Made by a program: the position numbers and the translations under genes. Of a stretch of 64,000 nucleotides of DNA, positions 31,463-42,684 are shown in pieces (the first letter of the stretch is position 1; each line of letters opens with the position of its first letter). Under the pieces are notes generated by a model. That model was not told the origin of the DNA. It ran no database searches and saw only the letters and a list, made by a program, of their open reading frames with translations. Source of the stretch: Gammaproteobacteria bacterium (GTDB lineage Bacteria; Pseudomonadota; Gammaproteobacteria; S012-40); the NCBI GenBank assembly GCA_027021445.1, contig JALUUH010000053.1:27853-91852 (forward strand), given 5' to 3'.

Positions 31463-33226
31463 ATGGGCGGAAAAATCCCTCAAGACTTTATCGATAACTT
31501 AATTACACGCATTGATATTGTAGACATTATAGACAGCCGCGTTCCACTCAAAAAAGCCGGCCACGAATATAAGGCTTGTTGCCCATTTCATAACGAAAAA
31601 ACGCCCTCTTTTACCGTTAGTCCTAGCAAGCAGTTTTACCATTGCTTTGGATGTAACGCGCACGGCACTGCGCTGGGGTTTTTGATGGATTACGAGCGAC
31701 TCAGCTTCGTAGAAGCGGTTCATGAACTTGCCAACCTCACCGGTCAAGAAGTACCCTCTAGTAACCCTCTCGGTATACACGCCAAAAAACACCAAGCAAC
31801 CCAAGACTTATTTGAACTACTTGAACAAGCCAGCCATTATTATCAGCAACAATTAAAAATCAATAGCGCTAAAAACCTTGCTATTGACTACCTAAAACAT
31901 CGAGGAATTTCCGGAGAAACCGCTAAAACCTTTGCGCTTGGCTATTCACCTTCGGGCTGGCACAATCTTTCAACCGCACTGGGCAACAACCCTGCTAGCG
32001 AACACAAATTAATCCAAGCAGGCCTGTTAATTCGCAAGGATAACGGTAAAACTTATGACCGCTTTAGGGAACGAATCATATTCCCCATACACAATAAGCG
32101 CGGCAAAGTCATTGGCTTTGGTGGCAGAATACTGGATGACGGAACACCCAAATATTTAAACTCCCCAGAAACTGAATTATTTCATAAAGGCCAAGAACTC
32201 TATGGTTTATACCAAGCAAAAAAAGCGCTCAGAGACATACCTCAACTCATCGTCGTTGAAGGATATATGGATGTCATTTCACTTGCGCAACACGGCATTC
32301 TGTATGCAGTTGCAACGCTAGGCACTGCCGCAACAATCGATCATATCAATGAACTCCGAAAAACAACGCAACGCATTATTTTCTGTTTTGATGGTGACAG
32401 AGCTGGTAAGCAAGCCGCGTGGAAAGCATTACAAACCAGCCTATCCTTGCTTGATGGCGCTGCAGAATTCTTTTTTATGTTTCTGCCCGATGGCGAAGAT
32501 CCAGACACCATTGTCAAAAAAGAGGGTAAGGAGAGCTTTATTCAGCGCCACAAAGAATCCCTCAGTTTATCAGCGTTTCTATTGGAAACGCTGAGCGCTC
32601 AAGCAGACTTAAAGTCTATCGACGGGCGTGCCAAGCTAATCGAAATAACCAAACCCTATATTGACAAAATTCCAGGGAAAAATTATCAAAACCTTCTCAT
32701 CAACCGACTGTCTGAACTAGTATCCCTGGATGCACGGGATCTTTTTCATCAAGTGAAAAAAAAGAGGCAAATACCCCTTGAAGCTCAGCACAAGCTGGCT
32801 AAAGTAACTAAAACACTAGAGCGAGTTCCGTCAATAGTGAGATTCATCATTGAAGCATTACTACACAAGCCAGCATTAGCAACAATGGTTGAAGATATCA
32901 ATAAATATGTCCAACTTTCATTACCTGGGATAAAAATGATGAAAACCTTGGTTGATTTTTTGACCGAACGCCCTCATCTAAATATGCCTGCTATTATCGA
33001 GCACTGGAGAGGCACTCCGGAAGGAGAATATCTCGCCGTACTTGCAAGCAAGGAGTTTCATTTACAAGGCGATGATCTCGTCATCCAGTTTAAACACGCT
33101 CTTGAGCGACTCCAGGAGCAATCAGTCGAGCAACAAATTGAGCATCTACTGGAAGAAGCAAGACGTAGATCACTGAACAGCGATGAAAAAACCCAACTAC
33201 AATCACTACTACAGATAAAGGGATAG
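31463..33226 (+). CDS. dnaG: DNA primase
   Basis: Zinc ribbon CCPFHNEKTPSFTVSPSKQFYHCFGCNAHG, Toprim region EGYMDV...DGDRAGKQAA; 587 aa. Confidence 0.9.
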   Translation: MGGKIPQDFIDNLITRIDIVDIIDSRVPLKKAGHEYKACCPFHNEKTPSFTVSPSKQFYHCFGCNAHGTALGFLMDYERLSFVEAVHELANLTGQEVPSSNPLGIHAKKHQATQDLFELLEQASHYYQQQLKINSAKNLAIDYLKHRGISGETAKTFALGYSPSGWHNLSTALGNNPASEHKLIQAGLLIRKDNGKTYDRFRERIIFPIHNKRGKVIGFGGRILDDGTPKYLNSPETELFHKGQELYGLYQAKKALRDIPQLIVVEGYMDVISLAQHGILYAVATLGTAATIDHINELRKTTQRIIFCFDGDRAGKQAAWKALQTSLSLLDGAAEFFFMFLPDGEDPDTIVKKEGKESFIQRHKESLSLSAFLLETLSAQADLKSIDGRAKLIEITKPYIDKIPGKNYQNLLINRLSELVSLDARDLFHQVKKKRQIPLEAQHKLAKVTKTLERVPSIVRFIIEALLHKPALATMVEDINKYVQLSLPGIKMMKTLVDFLTERPHLNMPAIIEHWRGTPEGEYLAVLASKEFHLQGDDLVIQFKHALERLQEQSVEQQIEHLLEEARRRSLNSDEKTQLQSLLQIKG

Positions 33227-33370
33227 AACCAGTCCTTGCAGGATATCCGATAATATAAACTTTAGTGGGCTAATGCACAGTATCGAATAGCATAAGCCTG
33301 TAATTTCATGTATGATGCACGGCTATTTTTTCTCTTGCAATAGTAATTAATCTGAGGTCTTTTTGTAAGC

Positions 33371-35176
33371 ATGAATTCCCAGCAACAATCCCAAATCAAG
33401 TTATTGATCGCAAAAGGAAAAGAGCAAGGCTACCTCACCTACCGCGAAGTCAATGATCACCTACCTGATGAAATCGTAGAAGCGGATCAAATAGAAGACA
33501 TTATTACCATGATTAATGACATGGGAATCCCTGTCCATGAAGTAGCGCCAGACGCGGACTCATTATTAATGTCAGACAACGCAGTCACCGATGAAGACGC
33601 CGTTGAAGAAGCCGCCGCCGCGTTAGTCTCCGTTGACACCGACTTTGGCCGCACAACTGACCCTGTACGTATGTATATGCGAGAAATGGGAACCGTTGAA
33701 CTACTGACGCGACAAGGTGAAATTGCACTAGCAAAGCGAATTGAAGAAGGGCTACGCCAAGTCGTTTCCGGATTATCCGCATACCCTAAAACGGTTACAA
33801 ACTTTCTAAACGTATACACTCGCATTGTTGAAGAAGACTTGCGATTAACAGACTTACTCACTGGCTTTGTCGACCCGAATGAAGATCAAGACGCCATTCC
33901 AACGCCTGCCCCACCGAGAGGGGAAGATGAAGAAGAAGTAGATACCGGCCCAGATCCAGAAGAAGCAAAAACACTGGTTAAAGCGCTGACCAAAATAAAC
34001 AATAAATATCGTGCCGCGATTGAAAAGCATGGTTATCGACATAAAAAAACAAAAGAACTTGCAGCCGAACTTTCAAATGCCTTTTTGCTGTTCAAACTAA
34101 CACCACGCTTTACGCATCGCATCGTTCAAGATGTTCGAGACATTGTTAGTTTAGTAAGACAAGAAGAAAAGAAACTCATGGACATTTGCATTAAACACGC
34201 AAAAATGCCAAAGAAAGAGTTTATCGATTCTTTCCTAGACAATGAAACCAACCCTGACTGGATAGATGACCTCATCAAGGCCAATAAACCTTATTCTGCG
34301 TCAATTGAAGCACAAGCAGATGATGCTCGTCGCTCGCAAATGAAATTAGCACACATCGAAATAGAAACGGATTTACCGATTTTTATGCTAAAAGACATTA
34401 ATCGAAAAATGTCTATCGGCGAAGCTAAAGCCAGACGCGCCAAAAAAGAAATGGTCGAAGCCAACTTGCGCCTCGTAATTGCCATCGCAAAAAAATATAC
34501 GAACCGAGGATTACAATTTCTTGATTTAATCCAAGAAGGTAATATCGGCCTCATGAAAGCGGTTGATAAATTTGAATACCGTCGCGGTTATAAATTTTCG
34601 ACTTATGCCACATGGTGGATACGCCAAGCGATCACACGATCCATTGCCGACCAAGCGCGCACAATCCGCATACCGGTTCACATGATAGAAACCATTAATA
34701 AACTAAACCGTGTCTCACGCACCATGTTACAAGAAATGGGAAGAGAAGCGACACCCGAAGAATTATCTGAACGCATGGAAATGCCTGAAGATAAGGTACG
34801 TAAAGTTTTAAAAATTGCCAAAGAACCTATTTCAATGGAAACACCGATTGGAGATGACGAAGACTCACATCTTGGTGACTTTATTGAGGATCAAGGGCTG
34901 CTCGCACCTAGCGATTCCGCCACATTCGAAGGTCTACGCGAATCAACGGTTCGTGTTTTAGAAGGCTTAACCGCCAGAGAGGCTAAAGTATTACGCATGC
35001 GTTTTGGCATAGATATGAACACCGATCATACGCTGGAAGAAGTGGGTAAACAATTTGATGTAACCCGTGAACGCATACGTCAAATAGAAGCAAAAGCCCT
35101 GCGTAAACTTCGCCACCCGTCTCGCTCAGAACAGCTGCGAAGCTTTTTAGAGGGCGGAAATGGGCCATCATCTTAA
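33371..35176 (+). CDS. rpoD: RNA polymerase sigma factor RpoD (sigma-70)
   Basis: N-terminus [48 protein letters not shown] matches E. coli sigma-70. Also has the acidic region 1.1/NCR, region 2 ([50 protein letters not shown]) and region 4 ([30 protein letters not shown]). Confidence 0.95.
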   Translation: MNSQQQSQIKLLIAKGKEQGYLTYREVNDHLPDEIVEADQIEDIITMINDMGIPVHEVAPDADSLLMSDNAVTDEDAVEEAAAALVSVDTDFGRTTDPVRMYMREMGTVELLTRQGEIALAKRIEEGLRQVVSGLSAYPKTVTNFLNVYTRIVEEDLRLTDLLTGFVDPNEDQDAIPTPAPPRGEDEEEVDTGPDPEEAKTLVKALTKINNKYRAAIEKHGYRHKKTKELAAELSNAFLLFKLTPRFTHRIVQDVRDIVSLVRQEEKKLMDICIKHAKMPKKEFIDSFLDNETNPDWIDDLIKANKPYSASIEAQADDARRSQMKLAHIEIETDLPIFMLKDINRKMSIGEAKARRAKKEMVEANLRLVIAIAKKYTNRGLQFLDLIQEGNIGLMKAVDKFEYRRGYKFSTYATWWIRQAITRSIADQARTIRIPVHMIETINKLNRVSRTMLQEMGREATPEELSERMEMPEDKVRKVLKIAKEPISMETPIGDDEDSHLGDFIEDQGLLAPSDSATFEGLRESTVRVLEGLTAREAKVLRMRFGIDMNTDHTLEEVGKQFDVTRERIRQIEAKALRKLRHPSRSEQLRSFLEGGNGPSS

Positions 35177-35236
35177 AAATAAATAACAACAAGCTTCATT
35201 TACAAAACATAATATGTAAAAATTCTCAGATATTCT

Positions 35237-35313
<77 letters not shown>

Positions 35314-35324
35314 TTTTCTCTCTT

Positions 35325-38300
35325 CTATACCCCGCTATCATTCGCAGAAAAGCCAATACGCGTAATACGAATAACATGCTCGATCAGTTTTTTTGCCTTG
35401 CTCATGCCAAGCAATTTATAAAGTCTGGGTAATAATTGCCGGCGAATTTCGGATTCAATATTTTGTGGTGTTAACGAATATTCAGCTACCGCCTTAGTCA
35501 CTACCTGATCTATCCATTTTGCGTATTCGACATAAATCTGTTGCTCCTGCTGTGCCTTACTATCGATAGCGGCTCTGTTAAGTTCGGCATCACCTAAGAT
35601 TAAGCGAAACAAGCCATAATAAATTTTGGCGGATTGATTATCCGCAAAGCATTCTGGGGTGTTATTCAGCTCTCTGCGTTTTAATTGCTCGTGCAAATCC
35701 TTATACAATCGGTATTTTTGATAGGGATGCTCAAACATAGCTTCCGCTGCCGCTATTGCTTGTTTTAATAAACCTGAAAATACTTGCTGTGCATACGGGT
35801 CGACGACTAAATTTTGTTCAATACCATATTTTAAACAGGCGCGTATCATATCGGTTTCATTACGTATTTTTTCTTGACTCCATTTTTCGGGATCTTCCAT
35901 ACCTAAATCACCGACCAGATAAACCCCTTTTGGATCTTTAATCGCTTCACCAATGACTTGTTTATCGACGAGCTGGCTAATTTTTTTTTCGTAGCTGCTG
36001 TAGCTTATAACTTCCTGCGCATCAATTTTGGTCATTTTTCTGAGACTGAAAAAAAAATACAGATCATCTTTATAACTACGGATATCTGTTTCAGTAACAC
36101 CAGGTTCTTGAAAAAAATTTATAGAACTCAGCGCAATTTTCAAACATAAAGCAAACTCAGTAAGCGCTTGGTAAAAATCCTCGCGCAACTTTTGCCGAGT
36201 ATCATAAATTTGACCATGTCCATCATCCATGTATTTAGGCATTAAAATCTGACGGTAGTGCTCCAGGTCTTTCTTATTTTTTACTGCATCAAAAATTGCC
36301 AACAAGCTTTGATGCAATTTTGGCAGGCGCTTATACTTGGTATTGACTGGGTGATACAGGCCCTTAATATCATTTATCTCAAACCCGCTCTGGGTATTTT
36401 GCGCTAAGTCCCGATACTTTTTGATCGTTGTATCCAACTCCTTTAATATGCCACGATAATCAATCAAAAAACCATATTGCTTTTCTGCATGCAAACGATT
36501 GACCCGCGCAACTGCTTGAATCAAATTATGCTGCTTTAAGGCTTTATCGATATATAAAACAGTATTCCTCGGTTCATCAAAACCGGTCAAGAGCTTATCA
36601 ACCACAATTAAAATCTCTGGGCCTTGATCGCTCGCAAATGCGGCCATCACATCACGTGTATAATCTTCTTCATTTTGCGAGCCAATATTTTTCTTCCACC
36701 ATTGCTGTAACTCGGGCAAATGACTAGCATCCATCTCTTCGCGAGAATCAGGCGCGGACATCACTACCGCAGTGCGTACCTGCGCCAACTCGTCCAGGTA
36801 ATGCTTATAACGTATCGCTGAAATTTTACTATCAGTCGCTAATTGCCCCTTCAAGCCTGAAGCCAAAGGTTTTATATTTTCGCTAAAATGTAAAGAGATA
36901 TCCCATGCAATCAGCTCAATGCGGTTTGCAGATCTATAGATCGCACCCTTCTTGATAAATTTCTTTTTTAAATCAACTTTTTTCTGTTCACCCTGGCCTG
37001 CTGTCATTCTTTCGAACCAGTTATCAATGACTTTTTTATTCACTCCAGACCCTGTGGGGTCTTGCTCAAAGCTGAGCATTGGAATGCGTTCTTCGTATAG
37101 CAAGGGCGTTACCATGCCGTCTTCAATCGCACGTTGCATCGTATAAGCGTGAATAATCGGACCAAATTTATTCGTGGTTTTATCATTCTTGAGTAAAGGC
37201 GTACCGGTAAATGCAATATACGCCGCATTCGGTAAAACTTGGCGCATGCGTTGATGAGTTTCACCGCAATGACTGCGGTGGCCTTCATCAACTAATACGA
37301 TAATATTCGAACTCGGGTTATAACATTCGGATTGCTTGGAAGCGGTTGAAAATTTATCAATAATCGTAAATATAATACGCTCACTGCCCTGAGCAATACG
37401 TTTTGCGAGCTCTTTTCCTGATTTAACTTTGGCGCGCCCACCTTCTTTACTCGTCGCAAGCTCAGAGCCAAACGCACCACTAGCCATAAATGTCTTGCTT
37501 AGTTGTTTTTCCAAATCCTTGCGATCAGTGACGACAATAATACGACACTCTTTTAAACCCTCACTTTGAATCAAGGCCTTGCATAAATAAACCATGCTAA
37601 ATGATTTACCCGAACCCGTGGTATGCCAAATAACACCGCCTTCGCGACCACCCTTATTATTCATTTGCGTAACCCGCTGCAGCATATTTTTAACCCCAAA
37701 GGCTTGCGGATAACGAGCAACAATCTTACCCACACGTTTATCGAATAAGATAAAATAACGTATGAGTTCAAGCAAACGTTGCGGGGCCAGCAAACAAATT
37801 AATAATTTATCCTGATCCGTAGGGAAAACCTGTGTTTGCGACTGCTCAGAAAAATAATCGGCCACCCACGGTTCGCGATGTTTAAATAATGCGAGTTGTT
37901 GTGATAGGTTTAATTTGCTATTTTTGAGCTTTAAAAAATAGGCCTCGTCATAATGCTCTTCAACCCACTTTGCCCAAAACTTGGCGGGAGTTTTAGTCGT
38001 CGCATACCGCCCTTCTATACCATTGATGACCAATAACAATTGGCTATAAACAAATAGATGCGGTATTTCGGCAGAAGTTTGATGGCGAATTTGCTGGGAG
38101 ATCGCTTGTTGCAACAGCTGCTTATTTGCATTAGGTGCATCCGGCCATTGGGACTCAATCACGATCAATGGAAGACCGTTAACAAAGCCCACGATACCAG
38201 GCCGTCGATGATCCATACCGGATGTATTCAATACTTCAAATTCATCAGTTACATGAAATTGGTTATTATCGATGTTGTCCCAATCGATAATTGGAATTGT

Positions 38301-38657
38301 CGGAAAATATTTTTTACCCTCGATAAACTCAGTCACCGCTATACCGAGTGTTAACTGATCATAAATGCGTTCATTTGCGATCAACAGACCTTCATTCAAG
38401 ATAGGTGATTCAAGGTCACGTACGATTTTCTCAATGGCATTTGCAGACAAGGGATACGACTTGCCTTTATAGGTAAATGTTCGCTTTTGTAATTCGGCGA
38501 CAAGTATGCCTCGCAATAAAACCGCATTGGTTTTTTGATCACGCGCGATTAAGGCTTGTGGCGCGGATAAATACTCATAACCCATTAACATTAAAAGCTT
38601 GAGCGCGGAGATATGCGAACGATAGATTTCCTTGGTTTCAGGAACATCATACATCAT
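35325..38657 (-). CDS. hsdR: Type I restriction enzyme R subunit (HsdR)
   Basis: 1110 aa; SF2 helicase motifs (GVIWHTTGSGKS Walker A, IVLVDEGHRSH DEAD-box-like, motif VI region). N-terminal nuclease-like region. The stop lies 12 bp from the tRNA 3' end. Confidence 0.9.
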   Translation of the reverse strand: MMYDVPETKEIYRSHISALKLLMLMGYEYLSAPQALIARDQKTNAVLLRGILVAELQKRTFTYKGKSYPLSANAIEKIVRDLESPILNEGLLIANERIYDQLTLGIAVTEFIEGKKYFPTIPIIDWDNIDNNQFHVTDEFEVLNTSGMDHRRPGIVGFVNGLPLIVIESQWPDAPNANKQLLQQAISQQIRHQTSAEIPHLFVYSQLLLVINGIEGRYATTKTPAKFWAKWVEEHYDEAYFLKLKNSKLNLSQQLALFKHREPWVADYFSEQSQTQVFPTDQDKLLICLLAPQRLLELIRYFILFDKRVGKIVARYPQAFGVKNMLQRVTQMNNKGGREGGVIWHTTGSGKSFSMVYLCKALIQSEGLKECRIIVVTDRKDLEKQLSKTFMASGAFGSELATSKEGGRAKVKSGKELAKRIAQGSERIIFTIIDKFSTASKQSECYNPSSNIIVLVDEGHRSHCGETHQRMRQVLPNAAYIAFTGTPLLKNDKTTNKFGPIIHAYTMQRAIEDGMVTPLLYEERIPMLSFEQDPTGSGVNKKVIDNWFERMTAGQGEQKKVDLKKKFIKKGAIYRSANRIELIAWDISLHFSENIKPLASGLKGQLATDSKISAIRYKHYLDELAQVRTAVVMSAPDSREEMDASHLPELQQWWKKNIGSQNEEDYTRDVMAAFASDQGPEILIVVDKLLTGFDEPRNTVLYIDKALKQHNLIQAVARVNRLHAEKQYGFLIDYRGILKELDTTIKKYRDLAQNTQSGFEINDIKGLYHPVNTKYKRLPKLHQSLLAIFDAVKNKKDLEHYRQILMPKYMDDGHGQIYDTRQKLREDFYQALTEFALCLKIALSSINFFQEPGVTETDIRSYKDDLYFFFSLRKMTKIDAQEVISYSSYEKKISQLVDKQVIGEAIKDPKGVYLVGDLGMEDPEKWSQEKIRNETDMIRACLKYGIEQNLVVDPYAQQVFSGLLKQAIAAAEAMFEHPYQKYRLYKDLHEQLKRRELNNTPECFADNQSAKIYYGLFRLILGDAELNRAAIDSKAQQEQQIYVEYAKWIDQVVTKAVAEYSLTPQNIESEIRRQLLPRLYKLLGMSKAKKLIEHVIRITRIGFSANDSGV

Positions 38658-38663
38658 GACAAC

Positions 38664-39821
38664 TTAGGCCGGTTCAGATTCCGGCACTGGATCATCAAGA
38701 ACAACGCGGTGTTTACCGGTAAGCAGCTGCTGTAATAAAATTTTTTTTTGCTGTTTAATAAATGTTTTTTCTTTTTCTAATAATCTAATTTCTTTATCTG
38801 CAGCAGAGAGTATTTTTGCTATTTTTTGTTGCTCCTCGAGAGACATAAAGGGAATCAAAATATTTTTTACCATTGCAATATTAAGATTTTTTTGTGTTCC
38901 AGGCTGGCCACTATTTGCGAGTTTTTCGCTCGCAAACCACAAATAGTAATATAAGAATTCAACCGCTAAATCGTCTTTCATATCCCGAAAAACAACAAAT
39001 CCATCATGAATACATACAGGTATACCGACAATCTTTGGCACACCTATCGTTGCACAAATAGACATAATTAATTCACCAGGCTCTACTGGAACACTTTTTT
39101 TCGCGCCTAAGGAAGATAAATACTGACTCGTCGATTCCAAAAACTCGGTAGACGAGGCAGTGACATCAGATATACGCACCCAGCCTCGTCCCTTTTCTGA
39201 AAACCATTTACTATCCTGTATCGGGCGTGGCGAAGCACCGCGTCGCACAGCACAAAGACTACCCAGTTTTACAAAACCTAACGCTTGCGATCCAAGTTTT
39301 TCCAACCTTGTTTTCCCCGTTAGCAATTGCGACATAAGTGCTTTCTTCTGAGTTTTGCTATTTTCAATAAGTCCTTCAACTGCTTTTACTGCTTTATCCC
39401 AAGTGGAAAGTATTTGGGAAATCTTCTTTTGCTCAGATAGCGGCGGTAACGATATTTTGATAGAGTGCAAATCATTACGATTCACACCAGGCACACCCGT
39501 TTTTCCACTAAACTTCTTATAATCGATTCGACTTAATACGTAATAAATAAACTTAGGATCATTGCCAAAAAAATTTTTCACCCATAGCGCAGTATTTAGC
39601 GGCCAATAGTCTTCTTCTACATAGAAAACTTCGCCAATCGACCCATATCGCCCGGTAACTACCCCCGGCGAATCGGCTTGAGCCTTGTTATGAAAACCGG
39701 ATATACCAGCGGATGAAATAACGGGGATTTTTCCTTTAACCCGATTTTTAGCTGGCAAATCAAAACCACGCTGCAAAAAAGCGACACTGCCTAGTTTTTT
39801 TATTTCCCATCCTTCAATCAC
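38664..39821 (-). CDS. hsdS: Type I restriction-modification specificity subunit (HsdS), two target-recognition domains
   Basis: 385 aa with two TRDs separated by and ending in the conserved coiled-coil spacer (...LPPLSEQKKISQILSTWDKAV... and ...FMSLEEQQKIAKILSAADKEI...). It overlaps hsdM by 8 nt. Confidence 0.85.
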   Translation of the reverse strand: MIEGWEIKKLGSVAFLQRGFDLPAKNRVKGKIPVISSAGISGFHNKAQADSPGVVTGRYGSIGEVFYVEEDYWPLNTALWVKNFFGNDPKFIYYVLSRIDYKKFSGKTGVPGVNRNDLHSIKISLPPLSEQKKISQILSTWDKAVKAVEGLIENSKTQKKALMSQLLTGKTRLEKLGSQALGFVKLGSLCAVRRGASPRPIQDSKWFSEKGRGWVRISDVTASSTEFLESTSQYLSSLGAKKSVPVEPGELIMSICATIGVPKIVGIPVCIHDGFVVFRDMKDDLAVEFLYYYLWFASEKLANSGQPGTQKNLNIAMVKNILIPFMSLEEQQKIAKILSAADKEIRLLEKEKTFIKQQKKILLQQLLTGKHRVVLDDPVPESEPA

Positions 39822-41328
39822 TATACCCCAACTCCTTTAGGTATTTATCCATTTCAGTTTCTAGCTCCGTAAGTTGCGCTTTCAATACCTCGCGCTCTTT
39901 GCGAATGGTTATTAAGTCAAGTTCTTCCTCTTCTTCAAATGTATCGACATAACGTGGAATATTTAGATTAAAATCGTTTTCCGAAACTTCCTTAAAACTT
40001 GCAAGATAAGCATATTTATCAATTGATTCACGCTTTTTATTGGCTTGAAGAACTCTGTTTATATCTTCTTCGCGTAAGAAATTTTGATTTTTTCCCGATA
40101 AAAATTTGCGACTTGCATCAATGAATAGAACTGCGTCGTCGTTCCTATTTTTTTTAAAAATCAAAATCGCTGCTGGAATACCAGTGCCATAAAAAAGCTT
40201 TTCGGGCAAACCTATTACGGTATCTAATAGATTCTCTTCGATGAGTTGCTTGCGAATTTTCCCTTCGGATGCACCACGAAACAAAACACCATGCGGCACA
40301 ACCACACCCATGCGTCCTGTTTGTGGCTTTAGTGTTTCTATCATATGCAGGATAAAGGCATAGTCGCCCTTGGTTTTTGGGGGTATTCCACGACGAAAAC
40401 GACCAAACGGATCATACTCTGCGCTATCATGCCCCCATTTTTCGAGTGAAAAAGGCGGGTTGGCGGTAACCACATCAAAGTGTTTTAGCGTATGATCACT
40501 GTCGATCAATTTTGGATTACGAATAGAGTCGCCCCATTCGATGCGGTGGTTGTCTTCAGCGTGTAAGAACATATTCATTTTAGCAAGTGCCCAAGTAGAG
40601 CCAATGGCTTCTTGCCCATAGAGCGCATATTTTTTTGAGCCATTAAAATGCTCACGAATTTTTCGACCGCATTTTAATAACAAGGACGCAGAACCACATG
40701 CTGGGTCACAAATATCGTCACCCTCTTTAGGCTCTAATAACTCAGCCATCAGATCGGATACTTCGGGTGGAGTATAAAACTCTCCGGCTTTTTTTCCACT
40801 CGTGGCGGCAAAATTTTTGATTAAAAACTCATACGCATTACCGATAATATCGAGCTTTCCAATTCGACGTGGGCGCAGATCGAGAGTTGGCTTGGCGTAA
40901 TCCTCTAGAATATGGCGCAAGATGTCGTTCTTTTGCTTGTCTTCACCTAATTTATTGGAGTTGAAACTAATGTCTTGAAATACGTCACGCAACTTGGCGA
41001 TATTTGCATCTTCGATTGCGTGCAAGGCTTGATCGATGCGCTCACCATTTCCCGGCTCGTAGCGTAATGCATGCAATTGCCAAAAGCTTGCTTCAGGAGG
41101 CAAAACAAAGCGTTCATTTTTTAATAACTCCTCGATGAGTTCAGGCTCATCACCGTATTTTTTTTGATAATCATCGTAATGATCTTGCCATACATCAGAA
41201 ATGTATTTAAGGAACAGCATGGTTAATACATAGTCTTTATAAATACTGGGATCTACTACACCACGAAAGGTATCACAGGCTTCCCATACCGCTTTATTAA
41301 TTTCAGCTTGATCAATAGGCGTATTCAT
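39814..41328 (-). CDS. hsdM: Type I restriction-modification DNA methyltransferase (HsdM), N6-adenine
   Basis: HsdM N-terminal helical domain, SAM-binding DPACGSASLL and the catalytic NPPF motif (VTANPPFS); 504 aa. Confidence 0.9.
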   Translation of the reverse strand: MNTPIDQAEINKAVWEACDTFRGVVDPSIYKDYVLTMLFLKYISDVWQDHYDDYQKKYGDEPELIEELLKNERFVLPPEASFWQLHALRYEPGNGERIDQALHAIEDANIAKLRDVFQDISFNSNKLGEDKQKNDILRHILEDYAKPTLDLRPRRIGKLDIIGNAYEFLIKNFAATSGKKAGEFYTPPEVSDLMAELLEPKEGDDICDPACGSASLLLKCGRKIREHFNGSKKYALYGQEAIGSTWALAKMNMFLHAEDNHRIEWGDSIRNPKLIDSDHTLKHFDVVTANPPFSLEKWGHDSAEYDPFGRFRRGIPPKTKGDYAFILHMIETLKPQTGRMGVVVPHGVLFRGASEGKIRKQLIEENLLDTVIGLPEKLFYGTGIPAAILIFKKNRNDDAVLFIDASRKFLSGKNQNFLREEDINRVLQANKKRESIDKYAYLASFKEVSENDFNLNIPRYVDTFEEEEELDLITIRKEREVLKAQLTELETEMDKYLKELGYSD

Positions 41329-41375
41329 TCTTACCCTTGTTTATATAGTTTGTGTTTACTGTTTTGCTGTTTTCA

Positions 41376-41957
41376 TCATTTCATCAAATCATAAACAATC
41401 GTATTCATCATTTTTTTTCGATTAAGCAATAATTGTTGCATAACATGCTCTTCATCCTTACTGAGTTTTTGCAAACATGCAATCGCTTGCTGTTTTCTTA
41501 AACTCGGCACGATAATACCCAGATCCGCCAAGGTGCTTGCTTGAGTATAAGGGATACTCGTTCCTGCGCTGTTCTCCGCCAAATATTGTTGTGCGGGTTT
41601 TTGATTGAGATACCACTGTAAGTATTCGGGTAGTAACTCCTCTGCATTCACTCGAATAATCAAAAACTGGTTCGCAGCTTGATAATTACTGCCCTTCCTA
41701 TCAAATAAGGCCGCATTTCTATTGGCGCCACGCGCACGTAACAAAACATCACCACGCTGCAGCGCACGTTTTATTTTTATGTTTTTTAACTCGGTTTGAA
41801 TAACGTGTGAATAGTCGATTTCATTATTACTTTTTACGTCTTTTATTTGAATGATAGACGCATTGCCATTGTCTACTGGCTTAATCGCCTCACGCAAGCT
41901 TAGTCCTGTGCGAATATTAGCCACTTGTTCGAGCTTAATGAGTTTTGTTCGGTTCAT
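41376..41957 (-). CDS. Orphan half-length HsdS (single target-recognition domain)
   Basis: 193 aa. The N-terminus LIKLEQVANIRTGLSL is a TRD start like the W..LGEV..G start of the full hsdS. The C-terminus ...IPYTQASTLADLGIIVPSLRKQQAIACLQKLSKDEE has the conserved PLPPL.EQ..I-type spacer. It lies just upstream of hsdM on the same strand. Confidence 0.6.
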   Translation of the reverse strand: MNRTKLIKLEQVANIRTGLSLREAIKPVDNGNASIIQIKDVKSNNEIDYSHVIQTELKNIKIKRALQRGDVLLRARGANRNAALFDRKGSNYQAANQFLIIRVNAEELLPEYLQWYLNQKPAQQYLAENSAGTSIPYTQASTLADLGIIVPSLRKQQAIACLQKLSKDEEHVMQQLLLNRKKMMNTIVYDLMK

Positions 41958-42051
41958 TTTACAATACCACCTATTGATAGAGAAAACGCACTTAAATAGC
42001 TTAAATATAAAAAAGGGAGCTAATGCCCCCTACAAAAATACCCACTTATGG

Positions 42052-42387
42052 CTAAACTATTAAGCACTCATTTCTGTAGAAGCTGCCCGGTGGCGCTCCT
42101 CTTTTTTCAGCGGAGTATATGGCTAAGTTTTGCTTTAACCAATGAAAGGCATCATCACTCAGTTTCATCCAAGCGGCCTCCCCGGTTACTTGCGCGACAA
42201 TGAGGCCATCATCAATATCCATGGTTTTTGCAAGATGATCTCGGATACTTAACGCACCATCTTCACTCACGATCATCCACATGGAATCCAGCACATGCAC
42301 ATAATTTTGATAAGAGCGAATAGTCTTGTATAGCGTATCGTAGTCGCGTTGTTTACGTAGATCATAGTTGATGATATAAATCTTCAT
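42052..42387 (-). CDS. Hypothetical 111-aa protein with beta-alpha-beta-beta-alpha-beta pattern (Cas2/VapD-like or ferredoxin-like fold suspected); no confident assignment
   Basis: MKIYIINYDLRKQRDYDTLYKTIRSYQNYVHVLDSMWMIVSEDGALSIRDHLAKTMDIDDGLIVAQV... The alternation of hydrophobic strands and helices loosely resembles small nuclease/TA-toxin folds. An 8-bp-stem palindrome (GGCAGAAC-N12-GTTCTGCC, 42424-42452) lies in its upstream region. Confidence 0.4.
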   Translation of the reverse strand: MKIYIINYDLRKQRDYDTLYKTIRSYQNYVHVLDSMWMIVSEDGALSIRDHLAKTMDIDDGLIVAQVTGEAAWMKLSDDAFHWLKQNLAIYSAEKRGAPPGSFYRNECLIV

Positions 42388-42684
42388 TGCTTGTTACCTC
42401 TATACGTTATGGGTGAATGACTGCGGCAGAACGGGCTGCTACCGGTTCTGCCAACTTTGATGATGCTGATATCGATCGAGTTATCGCTAAAGAACATCGC
42501 AAACCAGTTAATTACCGGGACGGGATATCTCTAATTATTACAGTAGACAGGCTACTGCATTTATTACAGACAATAGTATATGACTGTTTAAGCGGGTTGT
42601 GAAGGTTTTTTTGACAGAAAAAGGCCGATTCCAACGTACAATTTCATTTCAGTCTTCTTATAAATTGACAATTATATCGAGTCT

